DNA from: the human T2T-CHM13v2.0 reference genome, Homo sapiens
NCBI RefSeq assembly: GCF_009914755.1
Contig: NC_060940.1
Direction: 5' to 3' (one strand)
DNA: 64,000 nt
Shown: in pieces, positions 1 to 17,400 of the stretch
How positions within the stretch are numbered: position 1 is the stretch's first letter
Layout of the letters: the number at the start of each line of letters is the position of its first letter
Notes under the pieces: generated by a model
Databases searched by the model: none
Told to the model about the DNA's origin: nothing
What the model saw: the letters and a program-made list of their open reading frames with translations, nothing else
Translations under genes and position numbers: made by a program

Positions 1-459
1 AGTGACTCATCCCTGAATGCAGGCCACTCTGGGGGGGGATGCAGGGGCTTGAACAAGGCAACTCTCTTTCCTGACACAATCTTTGAAGAGGGTTGACTGT
101 GGATGGCCGTCAACCACTAGATCAGAGGCACATTCCAGCATCCACTACAATGTACAAGGGTCTTTCAGCAGGAAGAAACGTGAGGCCTTCTAAAAACTGG
201 AAAGAGGCCACTGGGGAAGAGAATGAGAGTAAGGTGGGCCTGGAACATGCAGGTGTAGGGGCACCACCAGGATGTCAGCTGCAGAAGACTAGAAAAGAAC
301 CCCACAGCACCTGGCTTCCCAGAATACAAGCATCATGTTGAGCCCACGTGATTGACAAGTACTAATTTTAGGGCTTCTTCTGTGTGCTGAGTATGAGGCA
401 GAAAACTAAGAGAAAGATCCCAGCCCTCCAGCAGCTTGCACTCTTATGGGCAAGAAAAG

Positions 460-640
460 ACACACATGCACACATGCACACACACATGTACACACAGGCA
501 CACACACATGCATGCACACACATGCACACACACGCACACACACATACACACAGGCACATGCACATTCACACATGCATGTACACACACATGCATGCACACA
601 CATATGCACACACAGGCACATGCACACATGCACACACATG
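460..640. repeat. Degenerate (CA)n/(CACATG)n microsatellite
   Basis: Continuous cacacatgcacacatg-type repeat; source of the His/Thr and Cys/Val ORFs here. Confidence 0.95.
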
Positions 641-1097
641 AACCTAAGAAGATAAGTCAAGAAAGGAGCATGACAAGCATTCAGAAGTGGGTAAATTTCC
701 ATCTGTACTCTCAATGTCTACAAATTCCTCCCCTCCCACTCCTCCTAAATCCATTCCATTTGGGCCAGTCAACAGCAACTATGCTCACCAAAGACCCAAT
801 GACCAGTATGTTGCTCAATCCAATTCTCAGTCCCCAGCATCCTTGACCTATCACGTCCCACTGGACACATGGGGTCATTTCCTCCTCTGCAGAACACCTG
901 CCCCTGGCTTCCAGGACCCCACACCTCTGGGTCTCTTCCTACCTCTAGGGCCGCTCTTTCTCAGCATCCTTCGTGGGCCCTGCTTCTCCCAATCTCTTCA
1001 CTTTGTAGGACCCCAGGACTCAATCCTTGCACCCCTTCTCTCTTCCATCCTCATTCTTTCCCTGGGTCATTGAATCCCTTCCCGTGGCTTTAAATTC

Positions 1098-1386
1098 TTT
1101 TTTTGTTTGCTTGTTTTACAGATGGCGCCTCCCTCTATTGCCCAGGCAGTAGCGCAATCTCTGCTCACTGCAACCTCCACCTCTGGGTTCAAGCTATTCT
1201 CCTGTCTCAGCCTCCTGAGTAGCTGGGATTAAGGGTGCCCACCACAATGTCCAGCTAATTTTTTTGTATTTTTAGTAGAGACAGGGTTTCACCAAGTTGG
1301 CCAGGCTGGTCTCAAATTCCTGACCTCAAGTGATCTGCCCACCTCGGCCTCCCAAAGTGTTGGGATTACAGCCACCATGCCAGGCC
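1098..1386 (-). mobile_element. AluS-type element with internal deletions
   Basis: Reverse Alu; flanked by direct repeat ccgtggctttaaattct (~1082-1098 and ~1386-1402). Confidence 0.93.
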
Positions 1387-1407
1387 CGTGGCTTTAAATT
1401 CTATTAG

Positions 1408-2554
<1,147 letters not shown>

Positions 2555-3450
2555 AAATTCTATTAGCAGATGGCTCACTGATCTGTGTCTTCTGTCCAAA
2601 CCTTTCTGCCAGCCTGCAGACCCATCTATCCAATGGCCTCCTCAATGTCCCCATTTAGCTGTCTAATAAATCTTCAGGTCCCACAAGGAACTGCAGAGCT
2701 CCCTGGTCTGCCAAACTCAGACTTCCCCATCTCAATGGGGGCAGCCCCATCCTTCCAGTTGCTTAGTCTATGAACCTTCGCGTCATCCTCAACTTCTTCC
2801 TGTCTCTCCTCTCCCACTTCCAACTCATCAGCAAATCCTGCTGGCTCTCAGCTTCACACATGCTCACCAGACAGTCGCTCCTCACAGCTCCCCTGCGGCC
2901 ATCCTCATCTAAACCATGGCCATCGCACTCTTTGTCAACTTGGTAGCTTCAGCAGCCTTATCTTGGGTCTCCCTGATCCAACCTTTGACCCCGCCAGATG
3001 GTCTGATCTTAACACTGATGCCTGACCATGATTCTCTGCTTAAAACCCTCAGTGGCTCCTGTTTCACTCAGAGTCAAGGCTGAGCTTGCATAGTGGCTCT
3101 GGAGGCCCACTGTGACCTGCCTTGGTTCCTCTCTGAGCTTTTCTACTCTCCTCATCACCCATTCTGCTTCCACCACTAGGGCCTCCCTACGGCAGCTGGC
3201 AACACCCAGGCTCACCCCACCCCAGGGCCTCTGCACCTCCCTCCACTATGCCTGCTGCTTTCTCTCTCGACATTGCCTCATGGGTGAGGCTGCTGCCACC
3301 TCTAAGACTTTCTTCCAATCCCACCTTCCCTAGGAGGCTCAACCGCCACCCTCCACACTGCAGGCTGCTCCCCCTCCCCGTGCTCCTGGTCCCTTTGCCT
3401 CTATCCACTCATCCTCTCTCCTAGCACTTAGCACTTTTCTAACATACTTT

Positions 3451-3772
3451 TGCGGGGTGCAGTGGCTCACACCTGTAATCCCAGCTACTCAGGAGGCCAA
3501 GGTGGGAGGATCACTTGAGGCCAGGAGTTTGAGACCAGCCTGGGCAACGCAGTGAGACCCTATCTCTACACAAAATTTTTAAAAAATTAGCTGGATGTGG
3601 TGGTACACACCTGTAGTCCCAGCTACTTGAGGGGCTGAGGCAAGAGCTTTGATTGAGCCCGGTGGTTCAAGCCTGCAGTGAGCTATGATTGCATCACTGC
3701 ACTCCAGCCCGGGTGACAGAGCAAGACTCTGTCTCTTAAAAACAATGAAAACCAAACAAACAAACAAACAAA
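3451..3772 (+). mobile_element. AluJ-type element
   Basis: Dimeric Alu with ggatcacttgaggccagg and gagctatgattgc; (CAAA)n tail. Confidence 0.93.
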
Positions 3773-4071
3773 ATCCCCACACTATATGATGTTCATATTT
3801 GCTGTCTTTGCTGGTCACTATCAGTATCATACTAGAGGTCAGGCTGCTGGGGCAAGAATCTTCATTCACTGATATACCAAGTGCCTAGAATGCCGCTAGG
3901 TGCTCAACAAATATTTGCTGAATGAATGAATGCTGAAAACCAGTTTGAACTGTTTCTATTCTATCTTCCCCTTGTAGTCGGCAGCCTTCAAGAAAGTTCT
4001 CCATGGTGTCTGCTCCAGTTATTCTCACCCTCATGCAATTCCCTCCACCAGGCTGAACCTAGTGACTCACT

Positions 4072-4255
4072 TTTTATATATTGTAGTAAAATATGCATAA
4101 TATAAAATTTACTATTTGAATCATTTTAAAGTATACAATTCAGTAGCATTGAATACATTCACAATACTGTGTAATCATCACCACTATCCATTGCCAAATT
4201 TTTTTCATCATCCCAAATAGAGACTCTGTAACCATTAAACACTGACTCCTATTCT
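4072..4255 (-). mobile_element. L1MB-like 3' end fragment
   Basis: ataaaatttactatttgaatcattttaaagtatacaattcagtagcattgaatacattcacaat resembles the reverse L1MB 3'UTR. Confidence 0.8.
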
Positions 4256-4675
4256 TGAGGCAGAGTCTCACTCTGTTGTCCAGGCTCATTGCAGCCTCAA
4301 AGTCCTGGCTTCAAGCAATCCTCCTGCCTCAACCTCCCAATAGCTGGGACTACAAGTGAGCACCACCATGCCCAGCTAATTTTTTATGTTTTATTTTTGT
4401 AGAGGCAGAGTCTTGCTCCATCACCCAGGCTGGAATGCAGTGGTAGGATCATAGGTCCACTGAAGCCTCAAACTCCTGGGTTCAAGTGGTCCTCCTGCCT
4501 CAGCCTCCTGAGTGGCTAGGTCTACAGGCATGCACCACCATGCCCAACTAAGTTTTACATTTTTTGTAGAGGTGAGATCTTGCTATGTTGCCCAGGTTGG
4601 TCCCAAACTCCTGACCTCAAGCGATCCTCCCACATCGGCCTCCCAAAGCACTGGGCATGAACCTCTGCACCTGGC
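4255..4675 (-). mobile_element. Composite AluJ (two right arms and one left arm)
   Basis: Reverse right arm, A-rich linker, second right arm, linker, left arm. Confidence 0.85.
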
Positions 4676-6167
4676 TGGTAAACTCACTCTTAATGAATAT
4701 AATACAATGTAAGTGGTGGATGTCACGTCTGACATTAGGTCATAAAAGATGGTGACTCCCATCTTGCTGGCTCTCTCTTGTTTTTCTCCTGACTCGCTCC
4801 GAGGGAAACCAGCAGACCCCCGTGGGGAGCTGCAACAGTAGGCGAGGTTCTGAAAGCTGTCATCAGCCATGTGAGTGAGCCTAAAAGTGGATCCTCTTCG
4901 CATCGAGCCTTGAGATGGGATCACAGCCCTGGCCAACACCTGAGTATAGCCTGTGAGATGCTGAGCGGTTGCACCCAGCTAAGCCCTGCCGAGATTCTCA
5001 ATGTGCAGAAACTGAGATCACACAGGTGTGTTGTTTTAAGTTGCTAGGCTGTAGGGTAATTTGTTTCACAGCAATAAATAATGACTACATCCTTGTTCCT
5101 GGAATTAATATAAAGCAGAGGACTCCGATGCTCACGCTCCATCCTGCTTAAGGCCACATGACCTCCGATGACCTGGAACGCCTTGTGGGAGAGCACAGGG
5201 CTCCTCTGAGCCTAATGCCCCATCCGGACAGAGTCCAGCTTCCTGCAAAGCTGTGTATGGTTCTGACATTTGGAATCATGCCCATGTCCTCCTTGTACCT
5301 GTTTATTTTTTCTGCTACCACCACTCTGGACTTGGGGAGCATTGGAAGTGTAGGTGTTACCTTGTGAAAGAGTGTTAGTTTCTTCTTTGGACTAACCTTT
5401 CCTTGTTCACCAAGTCCTTGGAGGACTGAGGGTGGAGTGTGCTCTCCGTCTAAGCGGGGCCTGTTGCCTCCCTCTCAACAAGCTCCGGGATGATTGCTGC
5501 TGGGGTGGAGGCTACTAGAGCATTCCTACCACTGCCTCATGGCCATCAGTAAAGTCTGGGATAGTGATCTTTAACTCCTCAGGGACCTCTTTGGAGTTCT
5601 CCGCATAACCAGGGCTCCCTTTAAAACTACGCCATTTCAACACAGCTGGGACATATAACAATGCCTTTATTTGGAGAGGTTGTGGCTAAACTCCCCAACA
5701 CTATCTTGCACAGGTCATGCTTGCTTTTATTTGTCCGCAAACAACCTCTTTCAAGCTTCAGGGGCAGCCCTTCCTGTGGTGCTGGCGAGCAGAGTGACTT
5801 AGTATTCACATTGCCATGCGTTTTCGGATGTTGCATCCTTTGATCACGTCTGCTCTCAGACGCATCTCCTGACTGATGACACCTGCTTTTGGGTCTTTCA
5901 TCCAGCAGAAGCCCCTTGACTCCTGGGCCTTCCCTGCATCTTCTCTTGTTTGGCTGTTGTTTTCCTTTTACTTTTAAAAAATATCTACCCTTTTCCTAAT
6001 TAGAAAAATAAACCACTTTTTTTTTGGTTTTGGTAAATCTTTAAATAATTCAGGATTGTATAAACAACAAAAATGAAAGTTGGTGTCTCTCTTAGGATGG
6101 ATAATAAGAATTGCATGCAGCCTCCATCTAGGGTGGAAACAAATAAGTTTTCCTCCAAGGCGAGGTT

Positions 6168-7001
<834 letters not shown>

Positions 7002-7032
7002 AAATGGCTCGGTGAGGACTAAATGACATAAT

Positions 7033-7315
7033 GGACTGGGTGCAGTAGCTCACGCCTGTAATCCCAGCACTTCGGGAGGCTGAGGTGGGCGGATCACTCG
7101 AGGTTAGGAGTGTAAGACCAGCCTGGCCAACAAAGTGAAACCCCGTCTCTACTAAAAATACAAAAATTAGCTGGCTGTAGCAGTGGGTGCCTATAATCCT
7201 AGCTGCTAGGGAGGCTGAGGCAGGAAAATTGCTTGAACCCAGGAGGTGGAAGTTGCAGTGAGCTGAGATCACTCCATTGCACTCCAGCCTGGGCGACAAG
7301 AGCAAAACTCCATCT

Positions 7316-7355
<40 letters not shown>

Positions 7356-7360
7356 AAGAA
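7033..7360 (+). mobile_element. AluS-type element with a long polyA tail
   Basis: Full dimer followed by more than 35 A. Confidence 0.95.
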
Positions 7361-7642
7361 TGGAGGTCAACCCTGGACAATGGTGCTTGGGTCAGGGTGA
7401 GCTCTCTGTAAATACTACCATGGCCAGCACCCAACTTATGGGCCAGCCACAAGCACTGTCCTCTGCAGAATGTCTGCCTCAGGGACTGGTACCACTCTCC
7501 ACCCAGAAAGCCAGGCACGTCCTTGACACAGCTTTAGCCCTCGCTCCCCAGGGTCAATGCCTCGGCAAGTCACAGGGACGTCACTGTCTGCTGTGGAAAA
7601 TTTACCTTTGTGTCCCTCGATCTCTATCTTGCTGCTCCCTGC

Positions 7643-8732
<1,090 letters not shown>

Positions 8733-9915
8733 AATTGTGCTGTTTCTCTGCAATTGAAATTTAACTGAATCCCATGTATTTTTTCAGGCCACCCTGTCCC
8801 CAGCACAGCATGGCTCACAGGACTGTTTGAAGGAGCTCTGATGTCTTCTGGCAGGGTCATCTTGATGGGTCCCCTGTTTCCTGGAGGTTCCCCCAGGGCA
8901 GGGTGTCCCCTCCTGCACTACCCCTCCCTGTACCAGCAGCCTGGATAGCATGGGGTGCCTGGCTGAGACTCTGCCCAGCTCTTCCTCTTCTGTTTATGCC
9001 CCACCCTTAGCAGTGGCCTTGTTGCATGGTGGCCCAGGCTTTGCCTGCGAGAAGAACCCCAACATCACTGAGAACCTCATGCAATGTCTTTTGGACTGGT
9101 TAAGTGGTTCATCTTGGTGCACGGGGTTGGGGGAAATTTTGACCTTCTAGAAACCACGGCCCCTCCCTCCACCTCCTGTGTGTCCTTCCAGATCTTCAAT
9201 AATGAGCTCATCTTTCCTAGCCGTCTGCTCCAGGTGGTCGTCTCCAGCTGTACCGCTGCAGGTCAAAGCTGGTTTCTCCCTCCATTCTGATCTTTAATAT
9301 AAGCAATATCCTCCCAGCCGGGGCTCCTACGACAGCAGTTTGCTTCAAGAGCACAAATTAAAGTGATGCCACCAAGGGCATGAATGGTCTTAGCAGAGTC
9401 AACATGGGGAGCATTGCGCATTCCCTGTGTAATATTAAGAATGACTAAGTGGAGGCACTGCCCTTCCAGCCAAGCCTGGTCTGAATACCAAAGAGTCGGG
9501 CTGGGAGAAGGGAGGAGGGGGGAGCCCAGGGCTGCCACTCAACTGCAGAGGCCCAGCTCATCTGCTGGCCCCGCGGGGCTGAAGGACAGAAGGTAAAGGT
9601 CAGGAACTCTCAGCAAATATTTAGAGGGCTGTTCTCATGCCCAGTGGGTTTGGACACAAGGTAATCCTCTCTTGGAAGGGCCCAGTAATCCCTGAGCAAA
9701 TGCACGGCCTAACTGGTAACTATGGCTGAGCCAGCCCAGTTCCTCTGGGACAGTCAGTGAGGGAGGTGGTGGGCCCAGCACCCAGGCTCAGTTTTATATG
9801 GGAGTGGAGGAAGCCTCAGCTCCAAGAAAGAGCCCACCTACTGGCGAACGCTTCTGTGTGAGACCTGTTGCATTGAGGTGTACAATGTTTTGTTATCTAT
9901 GAAAACATTTATGTA

Positions 9916-10215
9916 GGTTGGGTGTTGTGGTTCATGCCTGTAATACCAGTGTTTTGGGATGGTGAAATGGGAGGATTGCTTGTGGCCAGGAGTTAGAGAC
10001 CAGGCTGGGCAAAATAGCAAGACCTCATCTATACAAAAAAAAAAAAAAGCCAGGCATGGTGGTGCATTCCTGTAGTCTCTGCAACTCAGGAGGTTGAGGG
10101 AGGAGTATCACTTGAGCCCAGGAGTTCCAGGCTGTAGTGAGCTATGATCGAGCCACTGCACTCCAGCCTGGGCAACACAGAGAGACCCTGTCTCTTTAAA
10201 AAAAAAAAAGAAAAG
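9916..10215 (+). mobile_element. AluJ-type element
   Basis: Diverged Alu dimer with gagctatgatcg and an A tail. Confidence 0.92.
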
Positions 10216-10755
10216 AATTATGGAGCATGTACTGTATACCAGGCTCTGAGCTAGGGATGAGGCTTCAGAGATGAAAGACATGGTCGCTGTCAGGAGCCCA
10301 GAGTCTGACTGTGGAGCTAGTCCATACGCTCTCTGAGGACACTCTTGGATCCCCGCCAGTTAACATCATGAATAAATGAATAAAGAAATGAATGGGTGAC
10401 TTGTAATACACTGGAGCCCTTTACTTCTCCCATAGGACTCAAGGATGGCTTCCTGGAAATGAACCTAAAGGGAGATCAAAGAGCTGTGCAGAAAAGTGAA
10501 GGAAGGGTGGGCCTAGGCAGAAGAAACAGCATGTGCCAAGACATGAGGGTGCAGGGGGTCCTGGCACAGCTGGGAGGTGCCAGTGTGTCTGCACATCTGG
10601 CATGTGGAGCCCGTTGGGTGCAAGACCTAAAGCTGGAGCCACCTGCAGGATCTGGATCTGGAAGAACCGGCTCTGGTGAGGAGCTGGGATTCCTTCTTGA
10701 AGCTCCTGAGGGATTTTACATAGCAAAGCAACAAGATCTGACTTGCATTTTCCAT
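10215..10755 (-). mobile_element. LINE-2 fragments
   Basis: gagcatgtactgtataccaggc..., ggcagaagaaacagcatgtgccaag and gatctgacttgcatttt are reverse-L2 hallmarks. Confidence 0.65.
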
Positions 10756-10805
10756 CATCCACATGGAGGATGAGTTTGCTCATTACATCTATTAATGCAT
10801 CTTAA

Positions 10806-11457
<652 letters not shown>

Positions 11458-12137
11458 GTCTAGACAGTGGTGCATGAGGCCAACAGGACCTCTGTCCTCA
11501 CAGTGCTTAGAGCCTAGCAGAGAAGAACCTCAATTAAACGAGCAAACAAAATAGTGCAACAAAAGTCACAGTGGAGAGAAGGGTTGGAGAGGGGATCATA
11601 ACAGCCAGGGGACATGGCAGAGGGACCTAATTTAGAGTAAATATGAGTCTTTAAGGATGAATGGGAGGGGTCAGTGAAGTGAGGGGCAGGCGTTCCTGGC
11701 AGCAGAATTGAGTGTATGAATGGCGGTGGCCATGCTTGATGAACAACCCTAAGCCCAGGAGAGTTGGCCTGACGCATCTGGCAAGGCTAGCAGGGCCAGA
11801 TCATGCATGCCTGTAGCCATGGTGGACAAGTTGGGCTTCATTCTAAGAGCAATTGGAAACCAACAGAGGGTCATAAGTGACCATGGCCAGGTCATTACAA
11901 ATCTATTACCATGGGTGGGTGTTGTGTACAGGTGGATCAAAGTGGGCAGGACGGAGCAGAACAGCCAGTTGTCTAGTACAGTTGTTCTAGCACAAGATGC
12001 TGGTGGTTTGGACAAGGATGGTGGCCATGGAAACGGGAAGAAGTGGGTGGTTGCAGGAGAATGAAATTACAACCAATAGGCCTTAGTAACGGATTGGAGG
12101 GGTGTGCTTGTATGCGTGCGGATAGGGCTGAGGTTCA

Positions 12138-12430
12138 GGTTTTTGTTTGTTTGTTTGTTTTGAGACAGAGTCTCGCTGTCACCCAGGCTGGAATACAGTG
12201 GCAGAGTGGCAGGATCTCGGCTCACTGCAACCTCCACCTCCTGCGTTCAAGTGATTCTCATCCCTCAGCCTCCTAAGTAGCTGGAATTACAGGCACCCGC
12301 CACCACACCCGGCTAATTTTTGTAGTTTTTGTAGAGATGGGGTTTCACCATGTTGGCCAGGCTGGTTTCAAACTCCTGACCTCAAGCGATCCACCCACCT
12401 AAGCCTCCTAAAGTGATGAGATTCCAGGCA
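12138..12430 (-). mobile_element. AluSx-like element
   Basis: Reverse Alu with (TTTG)n tail; extreme 5' end missing. Confidence 0.93.
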
Positions 12431-12736
12431 CTGGGGTACAGTTTGAAAGAAAGGAAGTGATAAAGAATGACTCCCAGGTTTCTGCTGCTGTTTCTGGGAT
12501 AGGGAATGTGCAAGAGGAATCGTAGCTTTAAAGATCCAGGGAGATGGTGGGATCAGTTTTGAATCGTTGAATTTGAGGTGATTGTGAGATCTTCAAGTTT
12601 GAATTTTTAAATGACAATATATAAATTCAAACTTGGGAGAGAGGTCTGGGCTGGACAAGCAGGTCGGGAGAAGGGTTGGTATCTGGATATGTAGCTGGTA
12701 GTTAAATACATGGAAATTGGTAAAAATCATCTAGAG

Positions 12737-12964
12737 CAGTGGTTCTCAACAGGGGGCAATTTTGCGCACTCATTCCCACACCACCAAGGGGCATCTGGCA
12801 ATGCCTGGAGACATTTTTGCTTATGACAATTTTGGGGGGCAAGCTAGCATCAAGTGAGTAGAGGCCATGGATGCTGTTAAACACCATGCAATGCACAGGA
12901 CAGCCCCTGCAGCAAAGAGTGATCACCCCCAAAATATCAGCAGTGCTGAGGTTGAGAAATCCAG
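12737..12964 (+). mobile_element. MER20 (hAT-Charlie)
   Basis: cagtggttctcaacagggggcaattttgc ... cagtgctgaggttgagaaatcc, with inverted termini. Confidence 0.9.
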
Positions 12965-13254
12965 ATGGAGGGAGACAGAGCCCTGAGAAACTCTGGCATC
13001 TAAGGTGAATCAAGTAGGTGTGAAAGGAATAATCAGTGAAGTAGGAGGAAATGCAGATGAGAAAGGAGGAAGACATGAACAAACAGGGCACAGCGGCTCC
13101 AGTTAGGAGACTGCGAATTCAGTGATAGAGAACGATCACATTATTGTATCTTTTTATTTTTTCCATTTTCATTTTCTTTCTGCAGGCGAGACCTTATGGA
13201 CGCCCCAGATTTCAAGCACCTGGACTACAGAACCGCACATGAAGCAAGCCCATG

Positions 13255-13425
13255 GCAGGGTGGGAAGAGCCCAGGCTCCTTGCTTACTTGTTAGCTGTGT
13301 TTGCTTGGGCAAGTGGCTCACTCCTCCCAGCCTCAGTTTTCTCATCTGAAAAATGGGTTTGTGGGACAGTGATCAAGGGAGAAGATAATACATTTCACAC
13401 ACAGTCAGTGCTCAATTAGTGGTAC
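13255..13425 (+). mobile_element. MIR
   Basis: ttgggcaagtggctcactcctcccagcctcagttttctcatctgaaaaatggg core. Confidence 0.8.
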
Positions 13426-14031
13426 TTACTTTTCTTCCTTTCATTTAGCATCTTCTGGCAAGGCTTGCCAATAGGTTAGTCTTCTCTCAACTCTGCCAAA
13501 GTCCGCTGAAAACAGGACTTGTTTTCGGATGAAGCCTCTGGCTGCTCCCTTTCCTTACAGATACAGTTTGCCTGGTTGTTTTCTAGGCTGTTGTGTATGC
13601 TACTGGTGAAGAACAACTTCTTCCACCCTCTCCCCTCCTGCCCCAGCCTTTTCTTCTCCCTCATTAAGGTCCTTTGTATTAAAGATGACCTGATTGGCAG
13701 ATGAGGTCTGCTGCTGTGACATGGTTTGGCTCATTATTTATCAGACTAGGAAGCAGGAAATGATGAACCAGACTGGAAACTCTTTGAGGGCCATGAGGAT
13801 CCCAGATCTTTTTAAACTTTCTCACTACTATTACCCAGTAAAGGACAGTAAACCTGAACCACCTTTCACTCAGCTTTCCAGGGTTTCGGGTATGATGGGG
13901 ATGAGGATTTGGCAATGTACTCCAATAATGTTTTTTCTTTGAAGTCTCCTGGTTTGTCTTAAAAATTTAATAAATTTAAAGTCCTAGTCCATAGTGTATC
14001 ATTTTTCATTTTAATATAATAATACCATTTT

Positions 14032-14471
<440 letters not shown>

Positions 14472-17400
14472 TCATAATACCATTTTATTCTCTTCTAGCT
14501 AAATTGTAGAGTCTGCCCCTCCCTCACTGGTTTTCCCAAGGCTCCTGTCACACCACCCCCAGGAGTAGGAGTATCTCAGCTTGAGATCAAATCCAACTTG
14601 AACGTCATAAACACCCAAATGCTCTTCTTGGGTACCATGTACCCCTTTGACATCTGACAAATTTCTAATGATGTAGGGGATGATAATCTATGAAGGCAAA
14701 CAACCACAGAGAACCCAATTGTGGAATAAAGAATTCTCTCGGGAAATGAGAAGATTCCTGAATTCTCCACAGCTTCGAAGATAATTAGATTTTATTTTTC
14801 CAGTGTAGAAAAAATGTTTCCAACTGATGTAGGGAATCTATGGAAGGCACTTGATGATATTTATGTTTGGTGATGGTTTGGTCCTCGAAGGTATTGAAGT
14901 TGGAGGTGTTTGTTTGCTTACTGTGAAGACATTCATTATAGACATTCTCTATGTTAGCAGGCACGGTCTAGCAAACTGGCTGTCAGAGCCTCCCAAGAAT
15001 GGTACTGAGAGAAACGGAAAGTCAAAGACAATGTCCTATTCTTTGTGTCTTGAGAAAGAAGTCATCCCAAGACCCTCAGGGAGGGGTGTAGTTGACTTCT
15101 CTGACATATCACACATATTACAGTTAAGTTTGCAGAGCTCCCAAACAGGGATTAATGTTCCCTCTAAGAAAAACAGTCTGCTTATATTTTGCTCCTGTGA
15201 ACAAAATGGCTCTGAATTTACATAATTAAAATTCTGGTGTCTTTTCAGATCATAATAATGGGTAATTAACATTGTTACCTGTCAGCTGGGAAATACCTTG
15301 AGAGGAGGCTATCAGAGCCCAGTGGTTTTATTTTGGGCCACATCTCATGGACAATCAGGGCTAATTGAATCCCTCCCCGTCTCATCGAAAATGAATGAAA
15401 GAACATTGAAGGCTGCTGGCCAGGCTCACAATCAACCCAGAAAGGCCGTGTGTTCACACAAGCTAGCTCGAGATCAGAACCTCAACCCTGCATTGAGGAT
15501 GGCTGCCTGACAGTCTAATTTAGAAGCGTTGCTTAAAATCTTAATCAGCGCAGTAAAATGAACAGAGGCGAGTTTCGACACCATGTTTGTTGTTTATGGT
15601 TATCATTTTAAATAAACGTTAAAATGTTTTCACAGGTGTGGAAAAAGGCACGTCCCTGAGACATCGCTCTGTTAGGTCTGTACTCTCTATCAAGAAAAAA
15701 AAAATGTCATCATCAAGAATGAAGACGTAACGTATTCATCAGAGCCTGCCTGGTTTTTATTTTGTGATTCCCTGAAAGCTATCTGCACTCCTAAGCCTGA
15801 GTCCATCTTCCCTGCACAAGTGATATCTTGATTGACACATCTCCAAATAAGCTCCTGAATAGCTTTCCGTATTAGCCTCAGAATAATTCAGATGTCAAAT
15901 TACGGCTCGCAGACTCCCTGACTCCACTCAAGCCCCAGAATGAATTTTTTAAATATTTGGGAGAAAATATTAAATTTTGTTCAGGTTGGGTCAAAGTTCA
16001 TATCATTTGGTAATAAAGAGCCACAGAGGGTGTTTGCCTGGGGTGGGCTGCGTTGATTTTATTTTGTGCAACAGCTGCAGGTAGAGCTGACCCTTGGTAG
16101 GCGGTTTGGAGTCGGCTTGCGTGCCTGCGGCATTTACGCAGTTTGCTGTGGGTTTCCTTTGGACAGAAAAGGGAACGGGGAAAGGAAGAAAGAAAAAAAT
16201 GCAACGAGTTTTTCTCTCTGTGCAGGATTCCTGGCTGATATCATCTCTAAATATGCAGCCTTAATTGCTCTTCTGCAGCAATAAGGGAAGAAGAGATCTT
16301 AGTTACTTGTTCTCATCACTGTTGAAACCGCACTGCTGATTCAGCCTGGATTCTTGTCTTGAAACCCATGCAGCAGCATTCCTCGCAAGCAAGACGGCAC
16401 AGCAGTGTTTGCCGGGCTGATAATGACCACTTTTCATAGTATTCGTTGGGTGCTCTGTAACGTGAGGCTGAGAAAACTCTCATTATTACCGGCTGTTTGT
16501 GCAGCTGTAAATATTTAACCAGGAATGCTACCTGCTTTGTGGAAAGACTTGCTAATTACACCTGCTTCTCTCTATAATTACATATTGTTGTAAAATTCTA
16601 TGATAATGACACAACTGTGTCTTCCTCTTGCAAAGGGTAAATTTATACCAAGCGCGGCAGGCACCTGAATTTCCATAAGCAATTAGCCTACACATTTACA
16701 TCCCTGTGTTTTCCTGTGATTTTATTGAAATGAAAGATAATGAATTAAATCCAATTATAGCAGGAAGACATCTAGTAACTTGATGTTTGTTTTGAACCGC
16801 AGCTTCACTTCATAAGCAAAGTGAGGAGACTTAGGCTGCTGCTTAATATAATTGAAGCATCCCGATAAATTAAAAATATCACTCTGATAGCAGGGACCCT
16901 GACGAGCAGCCCTTATTGGAGACTGGGGTTCCCTTGACAAAATGCTTCTATAAAAGCTGCATATTTCTAGTCTGATGAATGTGAAGTACTGCTTTTGGCT
17001 TGTAGCCTGATTATTGGAGGAACATTGCTATAAAAAATAAGTTTCACTAGATGCCGTAATAAAACCCAGGGCTATCATCCATAGTTCACAGGGTTTTTTG
17101 AGAGGTGGGTGGGCGGTAGGGCCTTGGAATTCTGGAACTAGGAGATTAATAATATCTGTATTTTATTATTTTAAAACATGGGCATTCCTATTCTTTTGGA
17201 AAGCTTGGCTCTCCGGGAGATGCAGAGAAATATAGCCCCTATCTAGGCTACAAAAAAAGCTTCATTTGCTTTAATCAGGAAACTGCATTTTCAAAAGACG
17301 TGGACCCAAAATTCTTGAAAAACAAAAACAAAACAAGTGGCACATACGTACGTGTTTCCAAAATGAATGTCTCTAACGTCTTTACTGTTTTTCCTTTTTG

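Larger units (their letters stand above)
3973..5088 (+). mobile_element. MaLR MLT1 (F/G-like) solo LTR, split by an L1M/Alu insertion at ~4070-4680
   Basis: Ends tgttgttttaagttgctaggctgtagggtaatttgtttcacagcaataaataatgactaca, a typical MLT1 3' end; actcact is repeated on both sides of the insertion. Confidence 0.8.
11466..13100 (-). mobile_element. LINE-2 fragments, interrupted by Alu and MER20
   Basis: Purine-rich reverse L2 (ttcctggcagcagaattgag, aagaatgactcccaggtttctg, gggagagaggtctgggctgga). Confidence 0.7.

Noticed and set aside
368-846. His/Thr-rich and Cys/Val-rich ORFs (also at 41033-41655)
   Set aside because: Translations of CA/TG microsatellites, open in several frames on both strands.
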